Shown here piece by piece: positions 44,117 to 54,054 of a DNA stretch of 64,000 nucleotides (its first letter is position 1; the number at the start of each line of letters is the position of its first letter). Origin of the DNA: an uncultured Nitrospiraceae bacterium (GTDB taxonomy: Bacteria > Nitrospirota > Thermodesulfovibrionia > Thermodesulfovibrionales > UBA6898); assembly GCA_963811165.1 (NCBI GenBank), contig CAWEQH010000008.1:512001-576000 (forward strand). The letters are read 5' to 3'. The position numbers and the translations under genes were made by a program. The notes beneath the pieces are model-generated. The model was not told the origin of the DNA. It did no database searches and worked only from the letters and a program-made list of their open reading frames with translations.

Positions 44117-44527
44117 ATGAGAGAGATTGCCCTAAAGGGAGATAGGAGCAGGACAATAATTGCGATCCTACTGCTGTTGGCTATCACTGTCAGCGCCCCA
44201 TTGGCAGCATTCGGCGTGTCCTATCCGCCCTCGCTTTATCATAAGGCGGAAAGACACGACACGTTTGTAAAGGGGGACGTAGTGTACCTGTTCCATAGCG
44301 GCACCACCGACATAATGAAGACCATTCATGTCGGCGACACCCTGGCCGTTTACCGAACAACTCCGGAATGCGAAGTAGTGCCTATCGGAATAATCAAAGT
44401 GATCTCTTTCATAGGAGAAACGTACCTGAAGGGAGAGGTCTTCGCAGGCGAGATCAGGCCTGATGACATAGCAAAGAAGGAGAAGGTATCATGCCTCGTC
44501 ATCTCTGCGGGCATATGCGGGAAGTAA
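44117..44527 (+). CDS. Exported hypothetical protein between kdpC and kdpD
   Basis: GAGG RBS; signal-peptide-like segment; VYLFHSGT. Confidence 0.7.
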   Translation: MREIALKGDRSRTIIAILLLLAITVSAPLAAFGVSYPPSLYHKAERHDTFVKGDVVYLFHSGTTDIMKTIHVGDTLAVYRTTPECEVVPIGIIKVISFIGETYLKGEVFAGEIRPDDIAKKEKVSCLVISAGICGK

Positions 44528-44584
44528 TGCATTTGCCTGCCTGTCTCAGAAGTGCGAAAATACAGGTAACCATGGGGACTGAAA

Positions 44585-47275
44585 ATGGAAGAACGCAGGC
44601 CTGATCCTGATCTGATCCTGAATCGCTTACGCCAGGAGACCGAGCGGGGCCGCGAGGGGCAGCTCAAGATCTTTTTCGGGGCCGCCCCTGGTGTGGGAAA
44701 GACGTATGCGATGCTTGAGGCCGCTCAGCGGAAGCGTGCAGAGGAGATCGATGTGGTTGTGGGGCTTGTGGAGACCCATAAGCGGAAAGAAACCGAAGCC
44801 CTCCTTGCGGGACTTGAAGTGATGCCGCGTCATCCCATCGAGTATCGCGGCACGGTCCTGTCCGAATTCGACTTAGATGCTGCGCTTAAGCGAAGGCCCG
44901 CGATACTCCTTGTCGATGAACTTGCCCATACAAATGCCCCGGGCTCGCGCCATAAGAAGAGGTGGCAGGACGTATATGAATTGCTTGGCGCAGGCATCAA
45001 TGTATATACCACGATGAATGTGCAGCACCTCGAAAGCCTCAACGACGTCGTCACACAGATTACCGGCATTAGCGTACGCGAAACCGTTCCTGATTTTCTC
45101 CTCGACAGGGCAGACGAAATCGAGCTTGTCGATCTTCCTCCGGATGATCTGCTGCAGCGGCTTAGGGAGGGCAAGGTATATGTCCCCGAGCTCGCGGCCC
45201 AGGCAAGGCAAAACTTCTTCAGGAAGGGGAATCTCCTTGCTCTGAGGGAATTGGCGCTTCGCCGCACCGCCGAACGCGTGGACGATCAGATGCAGAGCTA
45301 CAGGGAGGTAAAAGGCGTCAAAGAGGTTTGGCCTGCGGCGGAGAGGATCCTGGTATGTGTGGGGCCGAATCCCCGCTCAATCCGCCTTATCCGCGCCGCA
45401 AAGCGAATGGCCGCCGGTCTTAGGGCGGAGTGGATCGCTGCATACGTCGAGGCCCCTCACAAGGTAAAGCCTTCCGAGAGCGACATGAGGCAGCTTTCCG
45501 AACATATGCGGCTCGCTGAGAGCCTGGGGGCCGAGACCGTAACACTCTCCGGCACGAAGGCGAGCGAAGAGATACTAAGTTACGCCCGCGACCGCAATGT
45601 CACAAAGATCATAGTGGGTAAGCCGACGCATCCCAGGTGGAAAGACAAGGTGTTCGGCTCAATGCTCGATGAGATGGTCCGGGGAAGCGGGGATATCGAA
45701 GTCTATGTAATAACCGGCGATACCGGAGAGCCGGTGACACCACTCGCTGCTAAACCGGCCCGCACCAGACCCAGGGCAAAGGAATGGATCTTCAGCCTTG
45801 CCGTTATCGCGGCTTGCACAGTCCTTGCCTTCCTTATGGCCCCCTATTTCGAAGTCGTTGACCTTGCCATGATTTATCTCCTTGGAGTAGTCATTGCCGC
45901 AGGGAAAACAGACCGGGGTCCTTCCCTGTTCGCCGCCTTTCTCAGCGTGGCTTCATTCGATTTCTTTTTCATTCCGCCCTACTACACCTTTGCGGTAAGC
46001 GACGTCCGTTATTTTATTACGTTTATTATGATGTTTCTGGTCGCATTTGTCATAAGCCGGCTGACGCATAGGGTACGGGACCAGGCGCAGGCAGCCAGGC
46101 AGCGGGAGAAAAGAACGGCCGCCATGTACAGTCTGAGCCGGAAGTTTGTACATGAACGCGGAATCGATAGACTAAGCGCAATTGCCGAAAAACACGTAAG
46201 CGAGGTCCTCTCGAGCCACGTTGTGGTACTTGTGCCTGATGACAGAGGAAGCCTTATCGTGCCGGCGACCGGACAGGGTACGTTTGCCCTCGACCAGAAA
46301 GAATTGAGCGTTGCGCAATGGGTCTTTGACCATCGGCAGAGGGCCGGGCTCGGGTCGGATACGCTTTCGGGCGCGAAGGCGCTCTATCAGCCACTTGTGG
46401 CGGCGACAAAGACCGTGGGAGTCATAGGTGTTATGCCGGTCCATTCGGGAAGCTTCTTCGACCAGGAGCAGATCCATGTTTTGGAGAGTTTTACAAACCA
46501 GATCGCCATGGCGATCGACCGCGCCATGCTCTCCCGGGAGGCCCAGGAGGCCCTTCTTAAGGCCGAGACCGAGACATTACGGAACACACTCCTAAGCTCG
46601 GTTTCTCACGACCTGCGCACTCCACTGGCTGCCATCACAGGGGCCGCTTCGACTCTCTTACAGAAAGACGTGGCGTTTGAGACCTCAGAGAGGCATGAGT
46701 TGTTGATGACCATTTATGAGGAGGCGGAGCATCTGAACCATATCATCCGGAACGTTTTGGATATGACGCGTCTGGAGGCCGGGGCGATAAAGGTGAAAAA
46801 GGAATGGCAGCCGGTCGAAGAGATTGTGGGTGCGGTGCTGAACCGTCTCTCCGAAAGACTCAAAGACAGGCCTGTAAAAACCGCATTGCCCGAGGACTTG
46901 CCGATGGTCTCTTTCGATCCCCTTCTCATAGAGCAGGTCTTAATGAACCTCCTCGATAATGCCATAAAATATACACCGCCGGAGACGCCGATAGAACTCT
47001 CCGCATCGGTGCAAGAGGGAGAGATCATATTTGAGATTGCAGACAGAGGACCGGGGGTCCCCCCCGGGGAGGAGGAAAGGATCTTCGACAAGTTCGTGCG
47101 CAGCTCTGCAACCGGCGCCGGGATCGGGCTCGGCCTTACGATCTGCCGGGCGATTATCACCGCGCACGGGGGACGCATTTGGGCCGAAAACAGGCAGGAC
47201 GGCGGTGCGGTATTCCGATTCTCTCTTCCGCTGGGTGAGCAGCCGCCCATGCCGGAACTGCCGCCTGGGGAATGA
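44585..47275 (+). CDS. kdpD: Sensor histidine kinase KdpD
   Basis: GAAPGVGKTYAML, USP domain, 4 TM, GAF, SHDLRTPL. Confidence 0.96.
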   Translation: MEERRPDPDLILNRLRQETERGREGQLKIFFGAAPGVGKTYAMLEAAQRKRAEEIDVVVGLVETHKRKETEALLAGLEVMPRHPIEYRGTVLSEFDLDAALKRRPAILLVDELAHTNAPGSRHKKRWQDVYELLGAGINVYTTMNVQHLESLNDVVTQITGISVRETVPDFLLDRADEIELVDLPPDDLLQRLREGKVYVPELAAQARQNFFRKGNLLALRELALRRTAERVDDQMQSYREVKGVKEVWPAAERILVCVGPNPRSIRLIRAAKRMAAGLRAEWIAAYVEAPHKVKPSESDMRQLSEHMRLAESLGAETVTLSGTKASEEILSYARDRNVTKIIVGKPTHPRWKDKVFGSMLDEMVRGSGDIEVYVITGDTGEPVTPLAAKPARTRPRAKEWIFSLAVIAACTVLAFLMAPYFEVVDLAMIYLLGVVIAAGKTDRGPSLFAAFLSVASFDFFFIPPYYTFAVSDVRYFITFIMMFLVAFVISRLTHRVRDQAQAARQREKRTAAMYSLSRKFVHERGIDRLSAIAEKHVSEVLSSHVVVLVPDDRGSLIVPATGQGTFALDQKELSVAQWVFDHRQRAGLGSDTLSGAKALYQPLVAATKTVGVIGVMPVHSGSFFDQEQIHVLESFTNQIAMAIDRAMLSREAQEALLKAETETLRNTLLSSVSHDLRTPLAAITGAASTLLQKDVAFETSERHELLMTIYEEAEHLNHIIRNVLDMTRLEAGAIKVKKEWQPVEEIVGAVLNRLSERLKDRPVKTALPEDLPMVSFDPLLIEQVLMNLLDNAIKYTPPETPIELSASVQEGEIIFEIADRGPGVPPGEEERIFDKFVRSSATGAGIGLGLTICRAIITAHGGRIWAENRQDGGAVFRFSLPLGEQPPMPELPPGE

Positions 47276-47282
47276 AAAAGGT

Positions 47283-47984
47283 ATGACACAGGATAAAGAA
47301 TTGATCCTGCTCATTGAAGATGAACCGCAGATGCGGCGTTTTCTCCGTGTCACGCTCCAAAGCCATGGATACCGGCTCGTTGAGGCCGCGTCAGGACAGG
47401 AGGGTCTTATGCAGGCCGCCACCAGGAACCCCGACGTATTGCTCCTGGACCTGGGGCTTCCCGATATGGACGGCATAGAGGTTACCAGAAAGATTCGTGA
47501 ATGGAGCGAAGTACCGATTATAGTCATTTCCGCAAGAGAGCAGGAAATGGATAAGGTGAAGGCATTGGACGCAGGGGCAGACGATTATTTGACCAAGCCC
47601 TTTGGCGCGGACGAACTCTTTGCCCGGATACGCGTTGCACTGCGTCACCTGGCATTGCGATTCGCGGGACAGAGAGAGCCGGTGTTTATCGTAGATGAGC
47701 TGAGGGTCGACCTTTCATCAAGGCAGGTCTTCCTGAAAGATAAGGAGATCCATCTTACCCCTATCGAATATCGTTTGCTTGCCGTCTTGATCAAGCATGC
47801 CGGAAAGGTTGTGACCCATACCCAACTCCTCAAGGAGGTCTGGGGGCCGGTGTATGCGGACCAGCAGCAATATCTGCACGTCTATATGTCGCAACTCAGG
47901 CGTAAGCTCGAATCAGAACCCGCCCGCCCCAGATTTTTGATAAACGAACCGGGAGTCGGTTACAGGCTCAAACTGGCCGTATAA
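47283..47984 (+). CDS. kdpE: Response regulator KdpE
   Basis: MTQDKELILLIEDE, LDLGLPD, GADDYLTKPF, EPGVGYRL. Confidence 0.94.
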   Translation: MTQDKELILLIEDEPQMRRFLRVTLQSHGYRLVEAASGQEGLMQAATRNPDVLLLDLGLPDMDGIEVTRKIREWSEVPIIVISAREQEMDKVKALDAGADDYLTKPFGADELFARIRVALRHLALRFAGQREPVFIVDELRVDLSSRQVFLKDKEIHLTPIEYRLLAVLIKHAGKVVTHTQLLKEVWGPVYADQQQYLHVYMSQLRRKLESEPARPRFLINEPGVGYRLKLAV

Positions 47985-48017
47985 TTGTTCTCCATCCATG
48001 AATAAAACAGGGGTAAC

Positions 48018-48395
48018 TCATTCGTATTTCCTCAGGTCTCTCTCTGAAAGGCCGAAATAATGGCCCACCTCATGGACAAGGGTCTTTTGGATCTCTTCCA
48101 CGAGCTCTTCCTCGGAAGAAGAGATCTTCTCGATATTCTTCTGAAAGAGGATTATCTTGTCGGGCATAGGATAGGGGACATCGAAGAAACCCCCCTTATG
48201 GGGATAAGGCACCCCGCTGAAGAGACCCAGCAATAGGCCCCCTCCCGGGTCCAGCCGTTTCGTATCCTCAGGTCCCGGATAATCTTCAACGATGATCGTA
48301 ATATTGCTGAAATATTTGATGTATTCTTCCGGAAGTGTCTCGACCGCTTTTTCTACGAGGTTTTCAAATTTTTCTCTGCTCGTCTTATATGCCAT
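48018..48395 (-). CDS. Minimal zincin-like metallopeptidase family protein
   Basis: LLGLFSG, PDKIILFQ, HEVGHYFG. Confidence 0.85.
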   Translation of the reverse strand: MAYKTSREKFENLVEKAVETLPEEYIKYFSNITIIVEDYPGPEDTKRLDPGGGLLLGLFSGVPYPHKGGFFDVPYPMPDKIILFQKNIEKISSSEEELVEEIQKTLVHEVGHYFGLSERDLRKYE

Positions 48396-48399
48396 AAGC

Positions 48400-49395
48400 T
48401 TATGCAGATCGCCGGGTCCGTGAAGCGGACCCATACAGCAGCAGACAGAGCAAGGCAAAAAAAATAGTATCCAGAAAATGCTCGAAATAATGAGAGGCCA
48501 GCAGATAGGGAATCCCCAGTTTGCCTCCTTTGGCGAAAGCAGGTTTTTGCGCGAGGCTGCCGATTCCCTTTGAAAGAGGGATGAGCGCCTCATAGAAAAG
48601 TCCAGCCGTGAATATAATAAGCAGACATATGATGCCGGCTGCGAGTTTCCTGTCGGTTGCGCTTCCTGAGGCGGGGCCTCTTTCTTTTTCTCCCCTCAGA
48701 AAAAAATACAGCGGAATAGGGAAGTAGGTCAAGGGGAAGGTCAGCAATTCCCTCACGCCGTGTGCGAGGTATCTGGGATCGGTCAATATAAAACAAAGCG
48801 TTTCCGTGATATTGTGTCTGTTGCTGAGCAAAGTGAAAGAGATGAATAAAACACAACTGACTGTAAGGTAGCGCAGTCCGGCCGTCCCCGGCAGGACATT
48901 CCTCCCGCAGATTCTCCTTACCACGTATATATAAACGGGCATGAACGCAAAAAGAAGCACTGTGCTTGGAAGATGCAGGTCCCAGGCGCCTCCGTCCCGG
49001 TAAATTCCTACTCCCTGTTTTTTCTGGGCGATGAATGAAAGAGTATCTTCGTATCCGAAAACAGTCACACTCAGGATTGCAGCCGCCATCAGGAAAATTA
49101 CGAGGACCCCTGAGAGCATTTGCATTTTCCTTTTCGGCCATCTCACAGGAAGATCGCCTGATAGGCACATATAGCACCCGGTAAAAAAGAAGGCAAGTAC
49201 GACGTGGACGGGGAGATGCCCGAGAAAATGTGAAGCGTAACACACGGTTTGGAGCAGCGTATATGTCCCCCCCTCATGAACGACCGTATTGAAAAGGAAG
49301 GCCCTGCCATGGTACAGGGCAAGATACATATATGATGCAGCATACGTCAGGAAAGGGAGTGCAATGAGAAATGCGGTATACTGGGCAGGCATCAT
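48400..49395 (-). CDS. Polytopic membrane protein of unknown function
   Basis: About 8 hydrophobic segments, several His-containing motifs; overlaps upstream gene stop. Confidence 0.75.
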   Translation of the reverse strand: MMPAQYTAFLIALPFLTYAASYMYLALYHGRAFLFNTVVHEGGTYTLLQTVCYASHFLGHLPVHVVLAFFFTGCYMCLSGDLPVRWPKRKMQMLSGVLVIFLMAAAILSVTVFGYEDTLSFIAQKKQGVGIYRDGGAWDLHLPSTVLLFAFMPVYIYVVRRICGRNVLPGTAGLRYLTVSCVLFISFTLLSNRHNITETLCFILTDPRYLAHGVRELLTFPLTYFPIPLYFFLRGEKERGPASGSATDRKLAAGIICLLIIFTAGLFYEALIPLSKGIGSLAQKPAFAKGGKLGIPYLLASHYFEHFLDTIFFALLCLLLYGSASRTRRSA

Positions 49396-51065
49396 CGGTT
49401 TGACCGCCCGGTACCCTGCCTGCCGTTTCTCACATAGAGCCCGTCGAACCTTGTTTTGGCATACACCTCATCCAGCCCGCACTTCTTCACATCAACTCTG
49501 TAATCGGAAATAAAAGCAGGTCTTTTTGATCTGATCAGGGTGCAGATATCGTAGTCGGCATACTTGCCATTGGTCAGCCTGTTATAGACAGGGAGCTTTT
49601 CAAAGTTGTACCAAAAATAATGGAGGTCATGCCTGTAGAGATTAAATTGATTGCTGCCGTCGTAAATGTAATCGTCTTTCCCTGAGTTTCGTATGACATA
49701 ATTTGCCTTATCCAGCTGCATATCGTTGGTATTATGCAGCCCCAGGTGCGACAACCACAATAGCGGTACGGCGATAACAACCAGTATTACGGTCAGGCTT
49801 TGCGCCTCATTCAGGGTATCTCTGCTACGGAGGGAACCGAACGAGCCGCCCACCAAAACGCAGAGTAACGGGATGGCCTGCATGAAATATTGCTCGTAGG
49901 GATGCTTGACGACAAATATGGAGAGCAGGAGGACTGATGCAATAAACGCCACGGTCTTTAGTTCTTCGCTCAGTCGGCTTGACAGCAATGTGTATGCCAG
50001 GGAAAGGAGGGCAAAAATCCAGAATACGCCGTTTAGAACCAACGCCGCCTTTACGTGCACAAAAGGCGAAAAAGAGGCCAGTGAAGGGTCCGTATTAAGT
50101 GCCATGTTTGTCACCAAGTAACTGCCCGATGAACCGGACATTAAGATAGCCGCAAAAAAGAGCGACACCGGCAAAGAAAAAAAGATGGCGAAATAAATAA
50201 TGGGCCTGAGGGACATCTTCCCCTTCAGGAATCTAAATGCGAATATCAGCGCGTATGCCGCAAGGAGAAAAACAGTCTTTTGCAGGAAGATAAACGAAAC
50301 GGAGGCGGCAAGTGCGGAAGTCACCAAATCTTTCAGTTTCCCGGACCGGAAGTGGCCTATCAGGGCATAGACCGAGACCATTCCGAAAAATACCTGGGGG
50401 ACATCCGGTCTGATTTCTATGCTCCTGCCCACAAACATCACCACCGACAACAGCAAAATCGCCGAAAGAAGTCCGACCTCCGCGGACGCCGATAATTTTT
50501 TTGAGAGCCGGTATGTCCAGTAGACTGTTCCGATAGTCAAGAGAAACATCAATATACGAAACATCAGCACCGACCGGACCGTGTATCCGAACACGCGCAA
50601 AAAAGGGGCCAAGACATACCACAGCAAAGGATTGTGGTGCTGAAAAAAATCCGTATACGGGCGATAACCCTCGGCGACGTACCAGGCGCTATGGACATGC
50701 TCAAATTCATCAGGACCGAACGCCCTGTTTAACGAAATTGCGAGCGCCAATAAAGATAAGACGCCACAGAGAAAAAGTAAGATACGGTTATAGTTCCTGC
50801 TTACCAGATGATCCATCTGCCGTTTTTTAAAGACATAAGCCAGATACAGGGAGGACAGTATGATCATCTCTACCCCAAAATAGCCAACGAGCGGGAGATA
50901 TGAACTGTCGAAATTATTGTCCGGCGCAAGGAAAGCGATCAGCGACGTAAGGGATTCGACCCGGAGAAGGTGCACACATACAGCCAGTATTCCCAATACC
51001 ATACCGCCTATACAAAAGCCTATTTCTGTCGTCTTGCCGGAAGGTCTTTTGGCCACGGCCGTCAC
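49392..51065 (-). CDS. GT-C fold (ArnT/PMT-like) membrane glycosyltransferase
   Basis: PDEFEH, PYTDFFQHHNPL, EIRPD, many TM segments. Confidence 0.75.
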   Translation of the reverse strand: MTAVAKRPSGKTTEIGFCIGGMVLGILAVCVHLLRVESLTSLIAFLAPDNNFDSSYLPLVGYFGVEMIILSSLYLAYVFKKRQMDHLVSRNYNRILLFLCGVLSLLALAISLNRAFGPDEFEHVHSAWYVAEGYRPYTDFFQHHNPLLWYVLAPFLRVFGYTVRSVLMFRILMFLLTIGTVYWTYRLSKKLSASAEVGLLSAILLLSVVMFVGRSIEIRPDVPQVFFGMVSVYALIGHFRSGKLKDLVTSALAASVSFIFLQKTVFLLAAYALIFAFRFLKGKMSLRPIIYFAIFFSLPVSLFFAAILMSGSSGSYLVTNMALNTDPSLASFSPFVHVKAALVLNGVFWIFALLSLAYTLLSSRLSEELKTVAFIASVLLLSIFVVKHPYEQYFMQAIPLLCVLVGGSFGSLRSRDTLNEAQSLTVILVVIAVPLLWLSHLGLHNTNDMQLDKANYVIRNSGKDDYIYDGSNQFNLYRHDLHYFWYNFEKLPVYNRLTNGKYADYDICTLIRSKRPAFISDYRVDVKKCGLDEVYAKTRFDGLYVRNGRQGTGRSNR

Positions 51066-52387
51066 AGATAATCTGAAATAATTTCTTTGCCGAAGCTCAT
51101 CATATTATGGATCCACGCGTAAACGAATTTCCCGTTTCTGCCGGAGACCTTCAGGTTGCTGAAGTTGTGCAGAAAGTCACTGATCCGCCGAACGGCCTCT
51201 CCTGTTCCCGTTTCAAGTATGGGGTAGGCATATCTCATCCTCTTCACTGCGGAACCCATGATCTCTTCTTCCTTTATCCATCCGATCCGCATGAGATGGG
51301 AACGAACAAGGCCGGCCAGCTCATTATCATCAGCGCCCCAGAGTTCATCCTGGGGCTGGCAAGGAATCTCGGCAACAAGCGAAGTCTTTCCAGGGGGAGA
51401 CATACACGCGCTTCTGTTCTTGGGCTCGTATATCCTTGTAAACGGGAACTCACCAGAGGGGAAGTAGACGGTGGCGGCAGAAGTAACCGACCCCCTGTTG
51501 AGGAAAAGTGCAACCAGTATTACATTCCGGAAACGGAGGCTTCTCGAACAGTCCATAATATCGCCCGGCGGCAAAGGGTCCATCAATTGAAGGAATGCGT
51601 TCATCGGTAACGTACTTACCACTTCCTTGGCGGGAATCAGTTCCTTCCCTTTGACTTCCAGCGCCACTATGCGCCGACGATCATGAATAATGCGGCTGAT
51701 TTGAGAGCTTGTCATGATATTGCCTTCCCCGCAAAACTCCGCCATCTTTTTTGCTATAATGCCGATCCCCCCGGCAGGGTAATAAAACGAACCTTCCACA
51801 TGCGCTGCCTCGGCGTTCTTTTGAAAGATTGCGCCGGTAAGAAACGCCCTGATGTCCAGCCCCTTGAGTCTCTTGCCCGATATCTGGACAGAAAGCTCGC
51901 TGCACGGTCTTCCCCACAATTTCTCCGAGTAGTTCAGCAAAAAAAGGGAAGCTATCGTTTTCCCATACGTGCGCGTTGCAAAGTCCCCAAAGCTCCTGAA
52001 ATCCGTTCTGTCTTTTATCTTCGAAGCTATGACCTCACCGGCCGCCCTGGCAAGAGTGGACAACCCCAGGTTTCTCATCAAGTTCAAAGGCGAAAGTGGA
52101 AAGTCTATGGATTTTCCATTGTGATAAATCAGGCTGGGGATATTGATCCTCTGTAAATCTTTCCCGATAAGACCCTTAACCTCCTCGGTAATTTCGTCAT
52201 CCTTATCGTGAAAGCGGTGGGCCCCGGAGTCAAAGAGGAAGTCTCCGTGCCTGAAGGTAACGGAATTCCCCCCCGTCCTGTCTTTTGCCTCATGGATCGT
52301 AAAAGGTATGCCGCTCTTCGTCGCATAGTATCCGACTGAAAGACCGGCCAGCCCCCCGCCTAAAATTGAGATATGTATATCTTTCAT
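51062..52387 (-). CDS. FAD-dependent oxidoreductase (HemY/amine oxidase/UDP-galactopyranose mutase-like)
   Basis: GGGLAGL, FDSGAHRF, YSEKLWG, RYAYP, GRNGKF. Confidence 0.85.
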   Translation of the reverse strand: MKDIHISILGGGLAGLSVGYYATKSGIPFTIHEAKDRTGGNSVTFRHGDFLFDSGAHRFHDKDDEITEEVKGLIGKDLQRINIPSLIYHNGKSIDFPLSPLNLMRNLGLSTLARAAGEVIASKIKDRTDFRSFGDFATRTYGKTIASLFLLNYSEKLWGRPCSELSVQISGKRLKGLDIRAFLTGAIFQKNAEAAHVEGSFYYPAGGIGIIAKKMAEFCGEGNIMTSSQISRIIHDRRRIVALEVKGKELIPAKEVVSTLPMNAFLQLMDPLPPGDIMDCSRSLRFRNVILVALFLNRGSVTSAATVYFPSGEFPFTRIYEPKNRSACMSPPGKTSLVAEIPCQPQDELWGADDNELAGLVRSHLMRIGWIKEEEIMGSAVKRMRYAYPILETGTGEAVRRISDFLHNFSNLKVSGRNGKFVYAWIHNMMSFGKEIISDYL

Positions 52388-52516
52388 ATGTGTGACCGAC
52401 TATATCAGACCCTTCGTAAAAGTGGACATCAAACAGTCTGCAAGGCGTTTAGTGTAACAAGATTTTATTTCGAAGTCTATCACTCCGGCGTAAGACGGAG
52501 TATTGAACCCGTTGTT

Positions 52517-52990
52517 TCATCCTTTGGGCCTATGAATTAAAAGCAGGCGTAGTTCTTTAAGCAGGGGCAGTTGTCCTTCGTTTATTTTCTCCTTTGCCTC
52601 CCCCATGCCGAACCAGGCTGCCCGGTCGATCTCGGGAAATTCCTGCTTCCTGCCGGACCTGGGCGGCCATTCCATCGAAAAGGTGTTGCTCTTGATTGCC
52701 TCCGGATCGCAGTCGCCCTCAACGGCCCATGCCTGAACGACCTTCCCGCTTTTGAGTTTCACGGATGACAGCGGAATAAATCGGCCGGAGACTTTCATCC
52801 CCGTCTCTTCCTCAAACTCCCGTTTTGCTGCAGAGAGAGGGTCTTCCCCTTGATCAATCTCTCCCTTCGGGATCGACCACGCGCCGGGATCTTTTTTCGC
52901 CCACAACGGGCCGCCGGGATGAACGAGAAAGACTTGAAGTATGCCGTCGTGTTTTCGGTACATAAGAATGCCCGCGCTGATTTTGGCCAT
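52517..52990 (-). CDS. NUDIX hydrolase
   Basis: HPGGP, WSIPKGE...AAKREFEEETG Nudix box, FPEIDRAAWF. Confidence 0.9.
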   Translation of the reverse strand: MAKISAGILMYRKHDGILQVFLVHPGGPLWAKKDPGAWSIPKGEIDQGEDPLSAAKREFEEETGMKVSGRFIPLSSVKLKSGKVVQAWAVEGDCDPEAIKSNTFSMEWPPRSGRKQEFPEIDRAAWFGMGEAKEKINEGQLPLLKELRLLLIHRPKG

Positions 52991-53264
52991 GCGCATATTG
53001 TACCGCAAGGCGCCTCGTGAAAAAATGCAGAGGACACTCAGCAACTTCACAGACACTGACTGCTCGACTTCCACATTCTTTTGCACGTGCACTCTCGTCC
53101 TTGTCATGCACCTACCCGCACCATTCACCCTTGACCCCGGGAGAGAAAAGCGATATAAGATAACTGTAACCGGCGGTATCATCGCAATCGTCCCTCAGGT
53201 GATAAAACTGAGGTGTTCTGCGGGAACTAATATCATTCAAACCCATTTTTGAAAGGAGCGTGTC

Positions 53265-53756
53265 ATGAAAGCGAAGTCGGCGTTATTTCCAGTATTGATG
53301 GTCCTCTCTTTAATCGTGTGTGTTGTGGCATCACCGGGGCGTTCATATGCCGGAACGCCTGAGGGGACGGTCTGCTTTGAGGACGATCACGGAGATTTTT
53401 GGTTCCTGGATTTTGGAAGCTTTTTGTCCGGGCAGAACTTCGACATCCATGGATTCATGACAAACAGTAGCGTATTATGTAATGGGACATTCGTTCAGCC
53501 TGTCTCGGGTACGGCAACCATTGACGGTGACACGATAGTTGTCGGGGTATGGTCGATAGCGACCGGTCCAACCTGTGTGAGTGTATCCTGGCAAGCGGTC
53601 GTCGACCTGTCCACATTTCAGAGCATCAGTGGTTCGTTTATGACGCAGCTGGGTTATGAAGGGACATTCGCCCTCTCGGAGATTGATTGCTCTTCCGTAT
53701 TGACGGCTGCCAAGAAAAGATCTCAGGACATGAAAGGTCCCGCACAACGTAAGTGA
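53265..53756 (+). CDS. Secreted hypothetical protein
   Basis: AAGGAG RBS, signal peptide, Cys-containing beta-rich body. Confidence 0.7.
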   Translation: MKAKSALFPVLMVLSLIVCVVASPGRSYAGTPEGTVCFEDDHGDFWFLDFGSFLSGQNFDIHGFMTNSSVLCNGTFVQPVSGTATIDGDTIVVGVWSIATGPTCVSVSWQAVVDLSTFQSISGSFMTQLGYEGTFALSEIDCSSVLTAAKKRSQDMKGPAQRK

Positions 53757-53781
53757 ATTAAGGTAGCCGTTCTTATTTTCG

Positions 53782-53810
53782 CAGGGGCCCTATATTGCAC
53801 AGGGCCCCTG
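53782..53810. terminator. Hairpin, possible terminator
   Basis: caggggccct...agggcccctg 10-bp stem between convergent genes; no clear U-tract. Confidence 0.4.
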
Positions 53811-54054
53811 AAGTCCGCAAAAATCCCAATATTCACGCTGCGTGTTTTATTGACTCAAAGCAGCGTAAGTCTCTTGCCATCCTGGTATTGAGGCAAATGT
53901 TTGATTGGTGAGAAGCAGAAAAAACGGGGTTTCTTTAGAGGCTTTAAGAACCGCCGGATCGAAGTATTCCGGCATGGTCCTTCCATCCCTTACAGTGATA
54001 CTCTTGGCTGAGGTTGGCCGCCTCATTGTCTACGATAAGTGTCTTTCCCTTCAT

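Noticed and set aside
47031..47282. N-terminal extension of kdpE in the ORF track (similarly 48593, 53182, 44087 starts)
   Set aside because: Extensions overlap neighbouring genes or lack family similarity; downstream ATGs match family N-termini
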